A stretch of 64,000 nt of DNA. It comes from Escherichia phage vB_EcoM_KAW1E185. Shown piece after piece: positions 20,816 through 31,679 of this stretch. The notes under the pieces were generated by a model, which was not told where the DNA came from, made no database searches, and saw nothing but the letters and a program-made list of their open reading frames with translations. The DNA is taken from the sequence record NC_054922.1; one strand, 5' to 3'. Every line of letters starts with the position of its first letter. Position 1 is the stretch's first letter. Position numbers and translations under genes: made by a program.

Positions 20816-22275
20816 AGACCAGTTACCTCATGAAAATCACCAAATACATCCTCGAATGTATTAGCTTTAGTTTTATCTTCACGTAAACGAATCGCAATCG
20901 GAAGAAATAATTTAACGTAATCAGTGCGGCCATCAGATTTTAGCCAACCGTTGCATTCGCACTCTAGAATTTTTCCAATATAATAATTTTGGTTTTCCAT
21001 AATGCGAGTACGGTCAAGTTCATGTGATTTTACACCGGCTTTATCTTTTAAGCCTGAACCAGCATTTACTTTAATTTTTCCACACTCTGATTCAAGAATA
21101 AATCCACCTGCTTTAGTAGGGTCTTTACGGTGAGGATAAATTCCTACAATTTTTAAATCAACATCAATTACTTCTTTAAATTTATAGAGATTTTTTGAAC
21201 GAGCATTTTCCCACAATCCATCGGTATTTTTGAGAATAATACCTTCAAGACCTTGGTCAATATACTTTTTATAAATTACCTTAGCTTCATCTAGGTTATT
21301 TACTACCTGGTTTTCAATTAAAATTACTTTATCATATCCTGATGTCATTTGTTCTAGTTTAGAAAAACGTACATCATATTTTAAACGAAACGCCGGAAGA
21401 CCGTATATTTCTACCAACGGAACATAATCCCAGACCTGAAACTTCATGCATTGAGCTTCTTTTTCTGAAATAGTTCCCTTTAAAGATTTATTAGCGATTC
21501 CATTAGAAGCAGTACGAGATTCCGCTACTTCGGCGAATTCTTTAGCTTTACTAATTTCAGGATAATCATCAAAAAGAAAATCTAGGCCTTCTGGTTCCTT
21601 TTTAACTTGCTCATGGTATACCAATTCGCCATCAATTAACACACCTTCTGGATGAATCTGGCGGGCTTCAGCAGTCATTTTGATTAATTCTTCCTTAAGA
21701 AGATCTAATCCTAGATATTCATTACCAGCTCGTGATAAAAGACGAACATCATCTAATTCATCGCCTCGGACTTCAGCAAAACACCTGGCTCCATCTGCTT
21801 TTAACTGTGCAAAGGCTGGAAATTTGATATTCTTACTAATGCCCTTTTCATCATAAGAACTTGCCAGCATTTGAGGTTGTTCAGGAATTAAACCTGGCCA
21901 AACTTTGTTTGCAATAGATACTGAAGCACCGCATTCAAGGTCTCGCATCATCACTCGACGCAAAACTTCAACATCATCCTTTTTACCATCGGTGATATAT
22001 CCAGTCAATTCCTCAATTGCAGCATTTCCGGTCAATTTCCGAGTAGCTAACGTGAATTCAATGAAGTCAAGCATATCGGTAATGGTCAGCATTCCAAAAC
22101 TCTGGGTAGCAATACCAGGTTTAGGCCATTTCTTGATATAATACTGTAACCCACGAGAATAAGTTAGACGATATACTCGTTTAAGCAATTCATTATCTTT
22201 ATTCTTTTCAAGAATTGCTTGCTTCTGCTTAGTTGATCCAATAGATGCTATTTCATTCAGAATTTTAAGAATCAT
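20812..22275 (-). CDS. 30: ATP-dependent DNA ligase gp30
   Basis: 487-aa ORF with KADGAR adenylation motif; recognised as T4 DNA ligase. Confidence 0.93.
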   Translation of the reverse strand: MILKILNEIASIGSTKQKQAILEKNKDNELLKRVYRLTYSRGLQYYIKKWPKPGIATQSFGMLTITDMLDFIEFTLATRKLTGNAAIEELTGYITDGKKDDVEVLRRVMMRDLECGASVSIANKVWPGLIPEQPQMLASSYDEKGISKNIKFPAFAQLKADGARCFAEVRGDELDDVRLLSRAGNEYLGLDLLKEELIKMTAEARQIHPEGVLIDGELVYHEQVKKEPEGLDFLFDDYPEISKAKEFAEVAESRTASNGIANKSLKGTISEKEAQCMKFQVWDYVPLVEIYGLPAFRLKYDVRFSKLEQMTSGYDKVILIENQVVNNLDEAKVIYKKYIDQGLEGIILKNTDGLWENARSKNLYKFKEVIDVDLKIVGIYPHRKDPTKAGGFILESECGKIKVNAGSGLKDKAGVKSHELDRTRIMENQNYYIGKILECECNGWLKSDGRTDYVKLFLPIAIRLREDKTKANTFEDVFGDFHEVTGL

Positions 22276-22541
22276 TGTTCATCCTTCAGAGTTTGATTTA
22301 CAGCTCTATTATAAATCAATTCATCATTAAGCTCAGTCAAAGACCTATGATATGTAGTTCTAACTTTATTTCCTTGCATCCAGTGCTTGACGTAAATGAA
22401 ACCTTGCTCTACACATTTTTTAAAAATTCGTTCGTCTTTTTGAGCTCGGAATTCTGGATTGCATCTAAAAAATTGATTTACGTGACCGTAATCACGTGTA
22501 GTATTACCTTCATTTTCATAAATAGTGTGAACGACAAACAT
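22272..22541 (-). CDS. Hypothetical protein, T4 30.1-like
   Basis: 89-aa ORF with ATGA overlaps on both sides. Confidence 0.5.
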   Translation of the reverse strand: MFVVHTIYENEGNTTRDYGHVNQFFRCNPEFRAQKDERIFKKCVEQGFIYVKHWMQGNKVRTTYHRSLTELNDELIYNRAVNQTLKDEQ

Positions 22542-23380
22542 TAGAATGCTCCTTGGAAAATATTATCACCACTAGTAGGTCTATTATACAAATACTCTAT
22601 GCCACCAGGTTTAATATAGTTCCATGTCTGAAACGGATGTGTCTGATATGGATGATATAGATGATTATAAGGATTAAATCCAGGAGTTCTCCAGGTAGTA
22701 TTCCAACGAAAAGAATCGTTTTTAATCATCTTTTCAATTGCATCTTTTATAGCTTTTTCACTATCAAAACTTTCTTTATTTTCCTTCGGTGAAAAAAGCT
22801 TATTTTCTACATCATTCCATGTATAAACTCGCTGTGCAGTTTTTGGAATACTGTCACGCTCTCCTCGAGCCATCCAATAAACAGGAACATTTAATATTTC
22901 ACTCGCGTGATCGCAGTGGTGAGCGAGATCGTCAATATAACAAATTACGTTATATTTTTCTTTTGCCTTTTTGAACAGCTCTTCTTTTGAAGAATCATGA
23001 CCACACATCATTACTTCTGAGAAGGCACCAGGAAAAAGAGCATTCAAATTAAATTGACGATTCAGCAGAGCGTCAATAGAATCACCCAATGCTGTAACAG
23101 CTACAAAATTATAATCTTCTTTTAATTTGTTAATTACACACAGAGCATCTTTATATGGAGACAAGTAACGAATAAAATCTGAACGATTGTATTTTTCAAT
23201 TAACTTGACACCAAGTTCTTCATCACAATTAAAGAGTTTACCTGGAGAAATAAATTTCTCATCCTGGATCATTTTTAAAATATGTTCTAACGGAAGATTA
23301 TATTTCTGAGCAAAATAAGGAAGGCCTGATTGCCAGCTTAAACATACTCCATCAATATCAGTTAAAATAGTAGGCTTCAT
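22541..23380 (-). CDS. Hypothetical protein, T4 30.2-like
   Basis: 279-aa ORF in conserved position. Confidence 0.6.
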   Translation of the reverse strand: MKPTILTDIDGVCLSWQSGLPYFAQKYNLPLEHILKMIQDEKFISPGKLFNCDEELGVKLIEKYNRSDFIRYLSPYKDALCVINKLKEDYNFVAVTALGDSIDALLNRQFNLNALFPGAFSEVMMCGHDSSKEELFKKAKEKYNVICYIDDLAHHCDHASEILNVPVYWMARGERDSIPKTAQRVYTWNDVENKLFSPKENKESFDSEKAIKDAIEKMIKNDSFRWNTTWRTPGFNPYNHLYHPYQTHPFQTWNYIKPGGIEYLYNRPTSGDNIFQGAF

Positions 23381-23841
23381 AGAGAGTCTCTTAATAGGTT
23401 TAACACATCAATAAATTCAGCTTCGGTTAGTATTGTATCATCTTTTGTTAGACCACTAGCCATGCTGTGCTTCAAAACTTTTCCTTTCGAGGCTTGTAAT
23501 GCATCGCGAAAGCCCTTGTTTTGGATCGCTGCTTCAAAATATGCATTTGTGTATAATTCTTTCCACGCTGGAGAGTATCTTGAAAACGGAACTCCAAGCC
23601 AGAAGAGGGTCCCACGGTCCTGAGCTCTAGCATAAGCTCGTCCAGCTTGTTGGGCGGCAAGCCCGGATAACCCAAATATACGTCTTTGATGTTCAACATT
23701 TTTCACCTTACACCCTTGGAGGAATCCTTCGAGACCTCCAAATTGGATACCATCCATAACAAAAGGCCATTGGGCGAAATTACTTAATGCGCATGATGGC
23801 CATCTAAAATTGCTTCTTATCTCTAGCTCAGACATTTTCAA
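23377..23841 (-). CDS. Hypothetical protein, T4 30.3-like
   Basis: 154-aa ORF. Confidence 0.5.
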   Translation of the reverse strand: MKMSELEIRSNFRWPSCALSNFAQWPFVMDGIQFGGLEGFLQGCKVKNVEHQRRIFGLSGLAAQQAGRAYARAQDRGTLFWLGVPFSRYSPAWKELYTNAYFEAAIQNKGFRDALQASKGKVLKHSMASGLTKDDTILTEAEFIDVLNLLRDSL

Positions 23842-24034
23842 TACTTATAATTTCAACATCAGCCCAATGACCATAGCAAGGAAGACGAAATTCAACTGGC
23901 CAGTTAGGGTCCTTTTCTAATATAATAGACTCAACTTGTGGTTCTTCGTGTTCATCAGTATATGGATTTTTATCTGTTACTTTATATGTGACCTTAATGT
24001 ACTGAATTCCAAAAATCTTATTAATTATATTCAT
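23828..24034 (-). CDS. Hypothetical small protein, T4 30.3'-like
   Basis: 68-aa ORF. Confidence 0.4.
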   Translation of the reverse strand: MNIINKIFGIQYIKVTYKVTDKNPYTDEHEEPQVESIILEKDPNWPVEFRLPCYGHWADVEIISIENV

Positions 24035-24228
24035 ACTAATTCCTTTAATCCGTAAATAGGAGATAATTCATCGCCCATACGAAGGTCTTCATTTCCATCT
24101 ACCCAGGAAACAATATAAGCCTCTTTTATTTGAATACCACTCCATTTAAATGGAGGTAGAACCTTAGAAATTAATCCAGGTATACCAACTCCCTTTAATT
24201 CAACAGTTTGACCTAAAAAGAATTTCAT
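24031..24228 (-). CDS. Hypothetical small protein, T4 30.4-like
   Basis: 65-aa ORF with coupled start/stop. Confidence 0.4.
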   Translation of the reverse strand: MKFFLGQTVELKGVGIPGLISKVLPPFKWSGIQIKEAYIVSWVDGNEDLRMGDELSPIYGLKELV

Positions 24229-24539
24229 TAGAACCTCATCTGAAAGCCATGCGATTTAACATTACCGCCGCCAATATCAGAAATATTAATTTCACGCGCA
24301 ATTGAAGGGTCAATGTCAATTTCACGATTGAGTTTAGTGATAGCTAAAGTATCGCGCCCATTTACAGTACGGAACTTTAAAGGACATACTACATTAACGT
24401 AGTTTTTAATCGATTCACTAGTAGGTTGCAAATGAGCAGGAAGGTCTTTAGGCGCCTTAGAGAAAACTACTTCGCAGAAGTTTTTACGAGTATCAAAATA
24501 AGTAGTCATAAACATAGTATTTTCCTCAGTAAGGGCCAA
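24228..24539 (-). CDS. Hypothetical protein, T4 30.5-like
   Basis: 103-aa ORF. Confidence 0.5.
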   Translation of the reverse strand: MALTEENTMFMTTYFDTRKNFCEVVFSKAPKDLPAHLQPTSESIKNYVNVVCPLKFRTVNGRDTLAITKLNREIDIDPSIAREINISDIGGGNVKSHGFQMRF

Positions 24540-24555
24540 AGCCCCTCATTTTATT

Positions 24556-24921
24556 TTAAATATCAAATTCGTTAAGAACTACATCAAAGATTGCTTCAAG
24601 ATGCTCAGGTTTAGCTCTGTTACTCAGAATATGACGAATCCAAGTTTTAACAAGAAGCTTACGATTAACGCCATTCCAGCAAGGATGAGTCCCTAAATCG
24701 CGTTGACGAAAATCATCATCCAAAGCGATTTTGAAGTTGGAACCTTCCATTGTAATTGAAACCGTGATGCCATTTTCAAATCGCATATAAACGTAGTTAG
24801 GAGTCATATACTGTTCAATTTCGCATACTGATCCATTTTGATGTTTCCAAAGGCAAATAGTATCAATAGAACCTGCAATACCATTAGAAACATATTTACG
24901 TTCAAAGTTGATGTAGTTCAT
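24556..24921 (-). CDS. Hypothetical protein, T4 30.6-like
   Basis: 121-aa ORF preceded by an early promoter. Confidence 0.5.
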   Translation of the reverse strand: MNYINFERKYVSNGIAGSIDTICLWKHQNGSVCEIEQYMTPNYVYMRFENGITVSITMEGSNFKIALDDDFRQRDLGTHPCWNGVNRKLLVKTWIRHILSNRAKPEHLEAIFDVVLNEFDI

Positions 24922-24956
24922 TTTTATTCTCCGAGATGTTTAATTGCGGTACAGGT

Positions 24957-24987
24957 ATATAATATCATATCCTGTACCAAAGTAAAC
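24957..24987 (-). promoter_or_regulatory. Sigma70-type early promoter (-35 GTTTAC, -10 TATTAT) embedded in an inverted repeat
   Basis: Minus strand GTTTAC-tttggtacaggatatga-TATTATAT; inverted repeat GGTACAGG...CCTGTACC brackets the -10 region. Confidence 0.45.
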
Positions 24988-24997
24988 AATTATTTTA

Positions 24998-25321
24998 CTA
25001 CTTTCCAGTGCTGCATGTCAAGTTTACCAACTTTTTCATCTTCTCAATTAAGCGTTCGGCACGTTGGCGAGCTGTAACATAATACCATTCACCTAATTCA
25101 TTTTGTTCAATTTTTCCAACGATTACTGTATTCAATTCATAAATCCAACCAGTAAAGAAATTATGAACTTGAATTGTAAAGGTGAAATCTGTTCCCATAC
25201 CTTCTGTTGTTTCTACTTCAATAATATCACCTTCAACTGCCATTAAGAACCACATAGTTTCATCATATTTACCATTGAAGCATTTAGTTTTAACTGCAGC
25301 GTTCAGATTAATCGTTTTCAT
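24998..25321 (-). CDS. Hypothetical protein, T4 30.7-like
   Basis: 107-aa ORF. Confidence 0.5.
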   Translation of the reverse strand: MKTINLNAAVKTKCFNGKYDETMWFLMAVEGDIIEVETTEGMGTDFTFTIQVHNFFTGWIYELNTVIVGKIEQNELGEWYYVTARQRAERLIEKMKKLVNLTCSTGK

Positions 25322-25407
25322 TTTATTCTCCTTTGTTTGTGTAAGATAATACTATCACAAAGGAACTATACTGTAAACAACTTTGTGCAATCTTTGGAAA
25401 ATAAAAA

Positions 25408-25427
25408 AGGACTCCCGAAGGAGTCCT
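25408..25427 (-). terminator. Rho-independent terminator (C(UUCG)G hairpin plus U-run) after the small basic ORF
   Basis: Minus-strand AGGACUCC-UUCG-GGAGUCCU 8-bp stem followed by TTTTTTATTTT. Confidence 0.6.
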
Positions 25428-25431
25428 CAAC

Positions 25432-25608
25432 TTATGCTTTCTGCTTACCAAAACGAGAAGCATCATCTCGAAGAACCGCGCGTGCTCGGCGCATGATCTT
25501 CTCAACAGTTTGATTGATACGAGAGTTCGACCCACGCTTGTAGCCAGCGCGTTTAGAATCACCAACTTTCTTTTCAACTGCTTTCTTTGCTTTAGCTTGT
25601 TTTGCCAT
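25432..25608 (-). CDS. Small basic protein, T4 30.9-like (58 aa, starting MAKQAKAKK)
   Basis: Internal ATG of the 102-aa track ORF; Lys/Arg-rich; terminator immediately downstream; the longer N-terminal extension looks non-coding. Confidence 0.4.
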   Translation of the reverse strand: MAKQAKAKKAVEKKVGDSKRAGYKRGSNSRINQTVEKIMRRARAVLRDDASRFGKQKA

Positions 25609-25845
25609 TATAAATTCTCTTTTAAATGAAAATGCAGGACTTATTGGCATTGCCGCGAAAGCCCTCAAGGGGTACTTAGGTTTTGAATATTTACCGACAG
25701 GATAACCATAAACCTCGTCAACATTCAAGAGGTACACCATAAAACTGCCGGGGTCTTAAAACTATAATGATTCGCAAATCATTAATCAGACAGTTCGATG
25801 GCTCCTCGATTTTAGCTCACACTAAGGCAGTGAATCTCCAATAAA

Positions 25846-26094
25846 TTACTTCAGTGTTACCACAAAGTGACGAACTGCTTTTCGTGCAGCAGAAGCCAGA
25901 GGCTTAGCATACTTAAGTTCATCTTTTTCCTGAAGCTCAGCAGCTAATGCAGTTTGAGCAGGATTCAGATGTTTGAAATAACGCAGGATTTCAAGAGCTT
26001 CGGCTTCAACATCAATAGATGCGCCATAGTTTTCGTGACCATTATTCCATGCGTTTCGTTGCAGTTCAAGAGCGTGTTGTAATTGTTTAATCAT
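25846..26094 (-). CDS. rIII: rIII lysis-inhibition accessory protein
   Basis: 82-aa ORF; T4 rIII length and position next to gene 31. Confidence 0.8.
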   Translation of the reverse strand: MIKQLQHALELQRNAWNNGHENYGASIDVEAEALEILRYFKHLNPAQTALAAELQEKDELKYAKPLASAARKAVRHFVVTLK

Positions 26095-26241
26095 TTAAAA
26101 ATTCTCGTTAGAGATTAAAACTCGGTAGTCACGTTCTTCTGAATTTCATCTTCTTTCGACAGATCTCTCAGTTGTAGACTACCACATAGAATTGTTCGGT
26201 TAACTTATTATTCCGACACCCAATTCATATTATTATTTATA

Positions 26242-26577
26242 TCACTTATAAAGACACGGAATAGCTTTATAGTGACAGGTAACGAATTTTTGTTTAATTT
26301 CTTTTGGCTGCTTAAGACCCAGAGCTACAAAAGGATGCGGAACGTTTCGAATTTGACCAACTGGAAGAGAAGTCAAATCACCAACTTCGCAGAAACCTTC
26401 AGGAACATCAGGACCAACAGAGTGAATTACACACAGTTCAGGAACTTCACCTTGAACACGTTTACCGATAATGAGTCCTGATTCTGTGACTTCTTCATCA
26501 CCGGCTTGTGCAGGTTCAGAAACTAAAATAACATATTCACCGACAGCACGAATTGGTAGCTGTTGTACTTCAGACAT
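26242..26577 (-). CDS. 31: Co-chaperonin gp31 (GroES analogue)
   Basis: 111-aa ORF recognised as T4 gp31. Confidence 0.9.
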   Translation of the reverse strand: MSEVQQLPIRAVGEYVILVSEPAQAGDEEVTESGLIIGKRVQGEVPELCVIHSVGPDVPEGFCEVGDLTSLPVGQIRNVPHPFVALGLKQPKEIKQKFVTCHYKAIPCLYK

Positions 26578-26633
26578 CGTTTTTCCTTTTTGTTAACAGA
26601 TGAATTAATAATAACAAATAATTCTTAAAGCAT

Positions 26634-26942
26634 TTATTTACCAATAAATTGAAGCAAATGCTCAACTTTCATACCATTAACGGAAATCAATTTGTCAATA
26701 GAAAAACCTCGCCACTCGCCAAGCTCAACATCAAATACTGGAATCATATCAGTAGATTCTTTCCGAGCAGATTCAGTCAATTTACCAGTTTGCATGGTTG
26801 GCATAAAGTCAGCATCGCGAGTACCTTTCATAGTACGAATAGTACCATCAGACTTTTCAAAAACTACGTTTGAAATACCCATGGACAATTTAGTTTTCAA
26901 AATTTCACGAATTGCTACTTTCTGTTCAGTTGTCAGTTTCAT
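26634..26942 (-). CDS. Hypothetical protein, T4 31.1-like
   Basis: 102-aa ORF. Confidence 0.5.
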   Translation of the reverse strand: MKLTTEQKVAIREILKTKLSMGISNVVFEKSDGTIRTMKGTRDADFMPTMQTGKLTESARKESTDMIPVFDVELGEWRGFSIDKLISVNGMKVEHLLQFIGK

Positions 26943-27179
26943 TTATTTACCTATTACAGTTTTAATATGAGTTGTTCCACGTTCTTTAAGGGTGGAAAGT
27001 AATTTTTGGCATTTTTCTAAATCAGATTTCCAACTATATGGTCTATCAATACTAGTCCAATCAGTTTTATAATACTGTTTCCATTTAGAGAAAAAATATT
27101 TCTTATACTCTACAGCAAACGAGATGTTCTCGTTAGAATAAGAACTAATTGCTGTAAGCTTTACCAAACGAAATTTCAT
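26943..27179 (-). CDS. Hypothetical protein, T4 31.2-like
   Basis: 78-aa ORF. Confidence 0.45.
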   Translation of the reverse strand: MKFRLVKLTAISSYSNENISFAVEYKKYFFSKWKQYYKTDWTSIDRPYSWKSDLEKCQKLLSTLKERGTTHIKTVIGK

Positions 27180-27760
27180 TATTCACCACAGAATTCGTTG
27201 ATATTTTCCCAGTTTAACTTATTCAAGTTTTTCTTAGGAACATTAAACACTTCAATACCTGCATTTCGCAGAATATCATCCCAGCCAGGTTTATTTTTAT
27301 CGTATGTTTCACAATAAACCAACTTTTTAATTCCAGATTGAGCTATTGCTTTTGCACAATCTGGACAAGGAGAAAGTGTTACATACATAGTAGCACCTTC
27401 AATAGAAGAACCATTTCGTGCAGCAAACAAAATTGCATTTAGTTCAGCATGAATTTCATTTTTAGACGACCATTCAGAGTGAGCGCTGCGGTGTTCTTTC
27501 GCCAAGACAAAACGATCAGTTGAACCAAATGATACACATTCGGGCTTATGACCTTGAATGATAGTATGTTTAGGCTTATTCAACAACCAACCTTGCTCAG
27601 CAGCATAATCACAGCAATTTACTCCACCTGCCGGAGAACCATTATACCCAGTAGAAATAATACGTCCATTCTTTTCAATTACTGCTCCTACCTTCCAGGA
27701 GCAACATTTTGATTCCTGTGATACTAAATATGCAATTTGAAGTACTGTACTCGCTTTCAT
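27179..27760 (-). CDS. cd: dCMP deaminase
   Basis: 193-aa ORF with HAE...PCxxC zinc-dependent deaminase motifs; recognised as T4 Cd. Confidence 0.9.
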   Translation of the reverse strand: MKASTVLQIAYLVSQESKCCSWKVGAVIEKNGRIISTGYNGSPAGGVNCCDYAAEQGWLLNKPKHTIIQGHKPECVSFGSTDRFVLAKEHRSAHSEWSSKNEIHAELNAILFAARNGSSIEGATMYVTLSPCPDCAKAIAQSGIKKLVYCETYDKNKPGWDDILRNAGIEVFNVPKKNLNKLNWENINEFCGE

Positions 27761-28095
27761 TTCATAATCACCAGATAAGCAGATTTAGCAGTTTCAACAC
27801 GATAAATTTCGTGACGAAGTTTAGTTATACTTTTAATAACAGAACTAATTATATTCTGCCCATCTTTAAAGCGGTTTTTCTTATCAATAAAAATTGCACC
27901 AGCCATCTTTTTGTGAAGCTCAACTGGATATTTCGTCACAATAATAGCATCATACACAGAAGGATGAATACTATTCACTAGAGTATCATTCATTAAAGTT
28001 ATTCTAATGAACTGTGCTGTTTCAGAATCAAGCGCTCTATGATCGCCAGTATCATTTTCAAGACAATTATCAATTATATCAGTTAAATTCATCAT
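27757..28095 (-). CDS. Hypothetical protein, T4 cd.1-like
   Basis: 112-aa ORF with ATGA coupling. Confidence 0.45.
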   Translation of the reverse strand: MMNLTDIIDNCLENDTGDHRALDSETAQFIRITLMNDTLVNSIHPSVYDAIIVTKYPVELHKKMAGAIFIDKKNRFKDGQNIISSVIKSITKLRHEIYRVETAKSAYLVIMK

Positions 28096-28328
28096 AGTAC
28101 GCCATACACCCTTTGTGCTTCAACTAATCCATCAAAATCCAGTTTAAGATGTGTTATTTGGTCACCATCACCTGGATTCACAATTACTAATACTGAACGA
28201 GGAGTTTCGGTAATAACACGAACCGATGTTTCTGGAAATCGTACAGAAACTTTATTTACCAATTCCTGAGCAAATAGTTTAACTTTTTCTTGGAATTCTT
28301 TAACAGTAATTGGTTTTTCACTTAGCAT
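28092..28328 (-). CDS. Hypothetical protein, T4 cd.2-like
   Basis: 78-aa ORF. Confidence 0.45.
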   Translation of the reverse strand: MLSEKPITVKEFQEKVKLFAQELVNKVSVRFPETSVRVITETPRSVLVIVNPGDGDQITHLKLDFDGLVEAQRVYGVL

Positions 28329-28849
28329 GTTGATCCCAGCTCCTTACTTTCAACGTTTTTAACTAATTTGACAGAAACTAATTCGGCATCTTGGGTAATC
28401 ATTACCGGGCCTTCTTCATACTCTTCAAGATATTCTAGAGCTTTCTTTTTAGCTTCTTCCTTCGTATCAGTTTGAGCATAGATATAAAACATACAACCAG
28501 TAATACCTACTACTTTCCACTTAATTTCTTTATCAGTTTTAATTTCAAATTTACTGATAGAGTCATCTTTTTGAACTTCTTCGAAAAAATAATATTCTGA
28601 CATATAAGTAATTGAAAATAGCGGGCTATCTTTATAAGATTCGCCCATTACATCAACAGCTTTATACCAGCAATCGTCAATTTCGCGTTTAATGCTAATA
28701 ACATTTTTCGCAGGATCTATTTTTACTTTAAATGAATTTTCCCCAATAAACTGAGAAATTCGTTTATTAGCCCCGCAAGTTTCATTAAAAATATCTTTAT
28801 ATCCAGCTTTAAAGTGATAAACCTTATCTTCTTCAAACCATTTGCTCAT
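28322..28849 (-). CDS. Hypothetical protein, T4 cd.3-like
   Basis: 175-aa ORF preceded by an early promoter. Confidence 0.45.
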   Translation of the reverse strand: MSKWFEEDKVYHFKAGYKDIFNETCGANKRISQFIGENSFKVKIDPAKNVISIKREIDDCWYKAVDVMGESYKDSPLFSITYMSEYYFFEEVQKDDSISKFEIKTDKEIKWKVVGITGCMFYIYAQTDTKEEAKKKALEYLEEYEEGPVMITQDAELVSVKLVKNVESKELGSTC

Positions 28850-28878
28850 TTCAATTTCCTCATTTGTTTTGGTAGAGC

Positions 28879-28909
28879 TATAATATCACAACTCTACCGT
28901 AAAGTAAAC
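28879..28909 (-). promoter_or_regulatory. Sigma70-type early promoter (-35 GTTTAC, extended -10)
   Basis: Minus strand GTTTAC-tttacggtagagttgtg-ATATTATAG; inverted repeat GTAGAG...CTCTAC spans the spacer and -10. Confidence 0.45.
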
Positions 28910-28911
28910 TG

Positions 28912-29187
28912 TTAAATTGCCTTGAATTCTGATGTCTGTGATTCAAAGCGAATATCGCCTTTGATGACTAGCTCAGCATCAAGACCAAATACGACAATGA
29001 TATGCGCAGAACCTGGATACAGCGTAATGGCAATAGAATCCACCTGGTCTGGAAGCAAAGTGTTCAATACATGAGTCACTTGAGCATGAATTCGAAGCTC
29101 AGCTGCGTTATCAAGCTTTTCAAACATATTATTAGCAATAATTTGACTAAACACTACTTCTACGATTTTAGAATAAGTCGGAAACAT
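28912..29187 (-). CDS. Hypothetical protein, T4 cd.4-like
   Basis: 91-aa ORF. Confidence 0.45.
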   Translation of the reverse strand: MFPTYSKIVEVVFSQIIANNMFEKLDNAAELRIHAQVTHVLNTLLPDQVDSIAITLYPGSAHIIVVFGLDAELVIKGDIRFESQTSEFKAI

Positions 29188-29189
29188 AT

Positions 29190-29382
29190 TTACCTCACAT
29201 AATTTTCTTCAAGCCAATCAATAACATCCAACGCATTATCAAAAGTTGAACCATCTACTTTGTCTTCTGTTTCATAATCAAGAACATCTAAGCCTACTCT
29301 TCCATCAACAATAGGCCATAAACAAAATAGATATTTCTTTTCTTTTTCAATTTTATCACAAAGACGATAAATCTTTTCTATA

Positions 29383-29390
<8 letters not shown>
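29190..29390 (-). CDS. Hypothetical protein, T4 cd.5-like
   Basis: 66-aa ORF. Confidence 0.4.
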
Positions 29391-30805
<1,415 letters not shown>

Positions 30806-30808
30806 TTA

Positions 30809-31039
30809 TTATTTCTCAACCAATGATTGAATATAATCATGCAAGTCTTTAGATGCTTTACCCCACTTATTTTGGTATTCATTTTTAAGATTAGCCCGAG
30901 ATTGAGCTAATAAAACATCATTAGTTGGAGGTAAAGATTCTAACCGTTGAATCTGGCGTCCATAAATCATTGCAGCCATCTCGGATTCATAAATCAATCC
31001 TTTGAGATGTTCAAATTGATGCCATGAAATCATTTGCAT
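30809..31039 (-). CDS. Hypothetical small protein
   Basis: 76-aa ORF. Confidence 0.4.
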   Translation of the reverse strand: MQMISWHQFEHLKGLIYESEMAAMIYGRQIQRLESLPPTNDVLLAQSRANLKNEYQNKWGKASKDLHDYIQSLVEK

Positions 31040-31329
31040 TTATCCTCTTTTAACTCTTGACGATAATAACATATCATAGTTTTCTGATCATGTACATATC
31101 GTTTTACATCATTAAGCCAAATGCGAAATTCCTGGGAATCTTCAAATGGCATACCGACCCAAGCTTTACCATCAATAACTTTAACTTGCCAAGATAGTTT
31201 AGCTTCATCATATGACTTTATTTGTACAGGCCAATTAGGATGAACTGTTTCTTTCTTTACTTCTAGAGGCTTTGTCGAACAACCAACTAGAAGACCAATA
31301 GATAATATTACTGTTGATAGTTTAATCAT
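31030..31329 (-). CDS. Outer-membrane spanin lipoprotein (o-spanin, T4 PseT.2-like)
   Basis: 99-aa ORF with signal peptide and lipobox LLVGC; sits directly downstream of a membrane-anchored coiled-coil ORF. Confidence 0.65.
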   Translation of the reverse strand: MIKLSTVILSIGLLVGCSTKPLEVKKETVHPNWPVQIKSYDEAKLSWQVKVIDGKAWVGMPFEDSQEFRIWLNDVKRYVHDQKTMICYYRQELKEDKCK

Positions 31330-31679
31330 TTAGAAAGGTCCTGGATGTCTTCTGCGAACTTGTTGAAGGAGTTGTTGATTTGTTTTTCAACCAATCCTGG
31401 CTTATGAGCCACCACATCCGCCTTCTTTGCGTCTTTGCGCAGTTTTTCATTTTCACGCTCAATAGCAGCAATTGCCTCACGATTTTTATTATTCATCGCA
31501 TCAATATAATTATACTGAATTCGCAAATTATTTAATGCTAAAGCGTTTTCATTGGCCGTTTTTGTAATTTCTACAACAGACGTTTCTAATCTTTCAATTT
31601 TATTTTTTAAAATTAAAGAAGTTCCGCCCAATGCAATTACAATTAATAGCAAGCCTGCTGTCGTATTACTTAATTGCAT
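31326..31679 (-). CDS. Inner-membrane spanin (i-spanin, T4 PseT.3-like)
   Basis: 117-aa ORF with N-terminal transmembrane helix followed by a charged coiled-coil region; overlaps the o-spanin start. Confidence 0.65.
   Translation of the reverse strand: MQLSNTTAGLLLIVIALGGTSLILKNKIERLETSVVEITKTANENALALNNLRIQYNYIDAMNNKNREAIAAIERENEKLRKDAKKADVVAHKPGLVEKQINNSFNKFAEDIQDLSK

Noticed and set aside
22275-22544. 89-aa plus-strand ORF exactly antisense to the 30.1-like ORF
   Set aside because: It is a mirror ORF on the non-transcribed strand of an early-gene block, with no RBS or promoter.
25323-25577. 84-aa minus-strand ORF overlapping the 30.9-like small basic ORF
   Set aside because: It is in a different frame overlapping the terminator hairpin and the better-supported Lys-rich ORF; there is no independent support.
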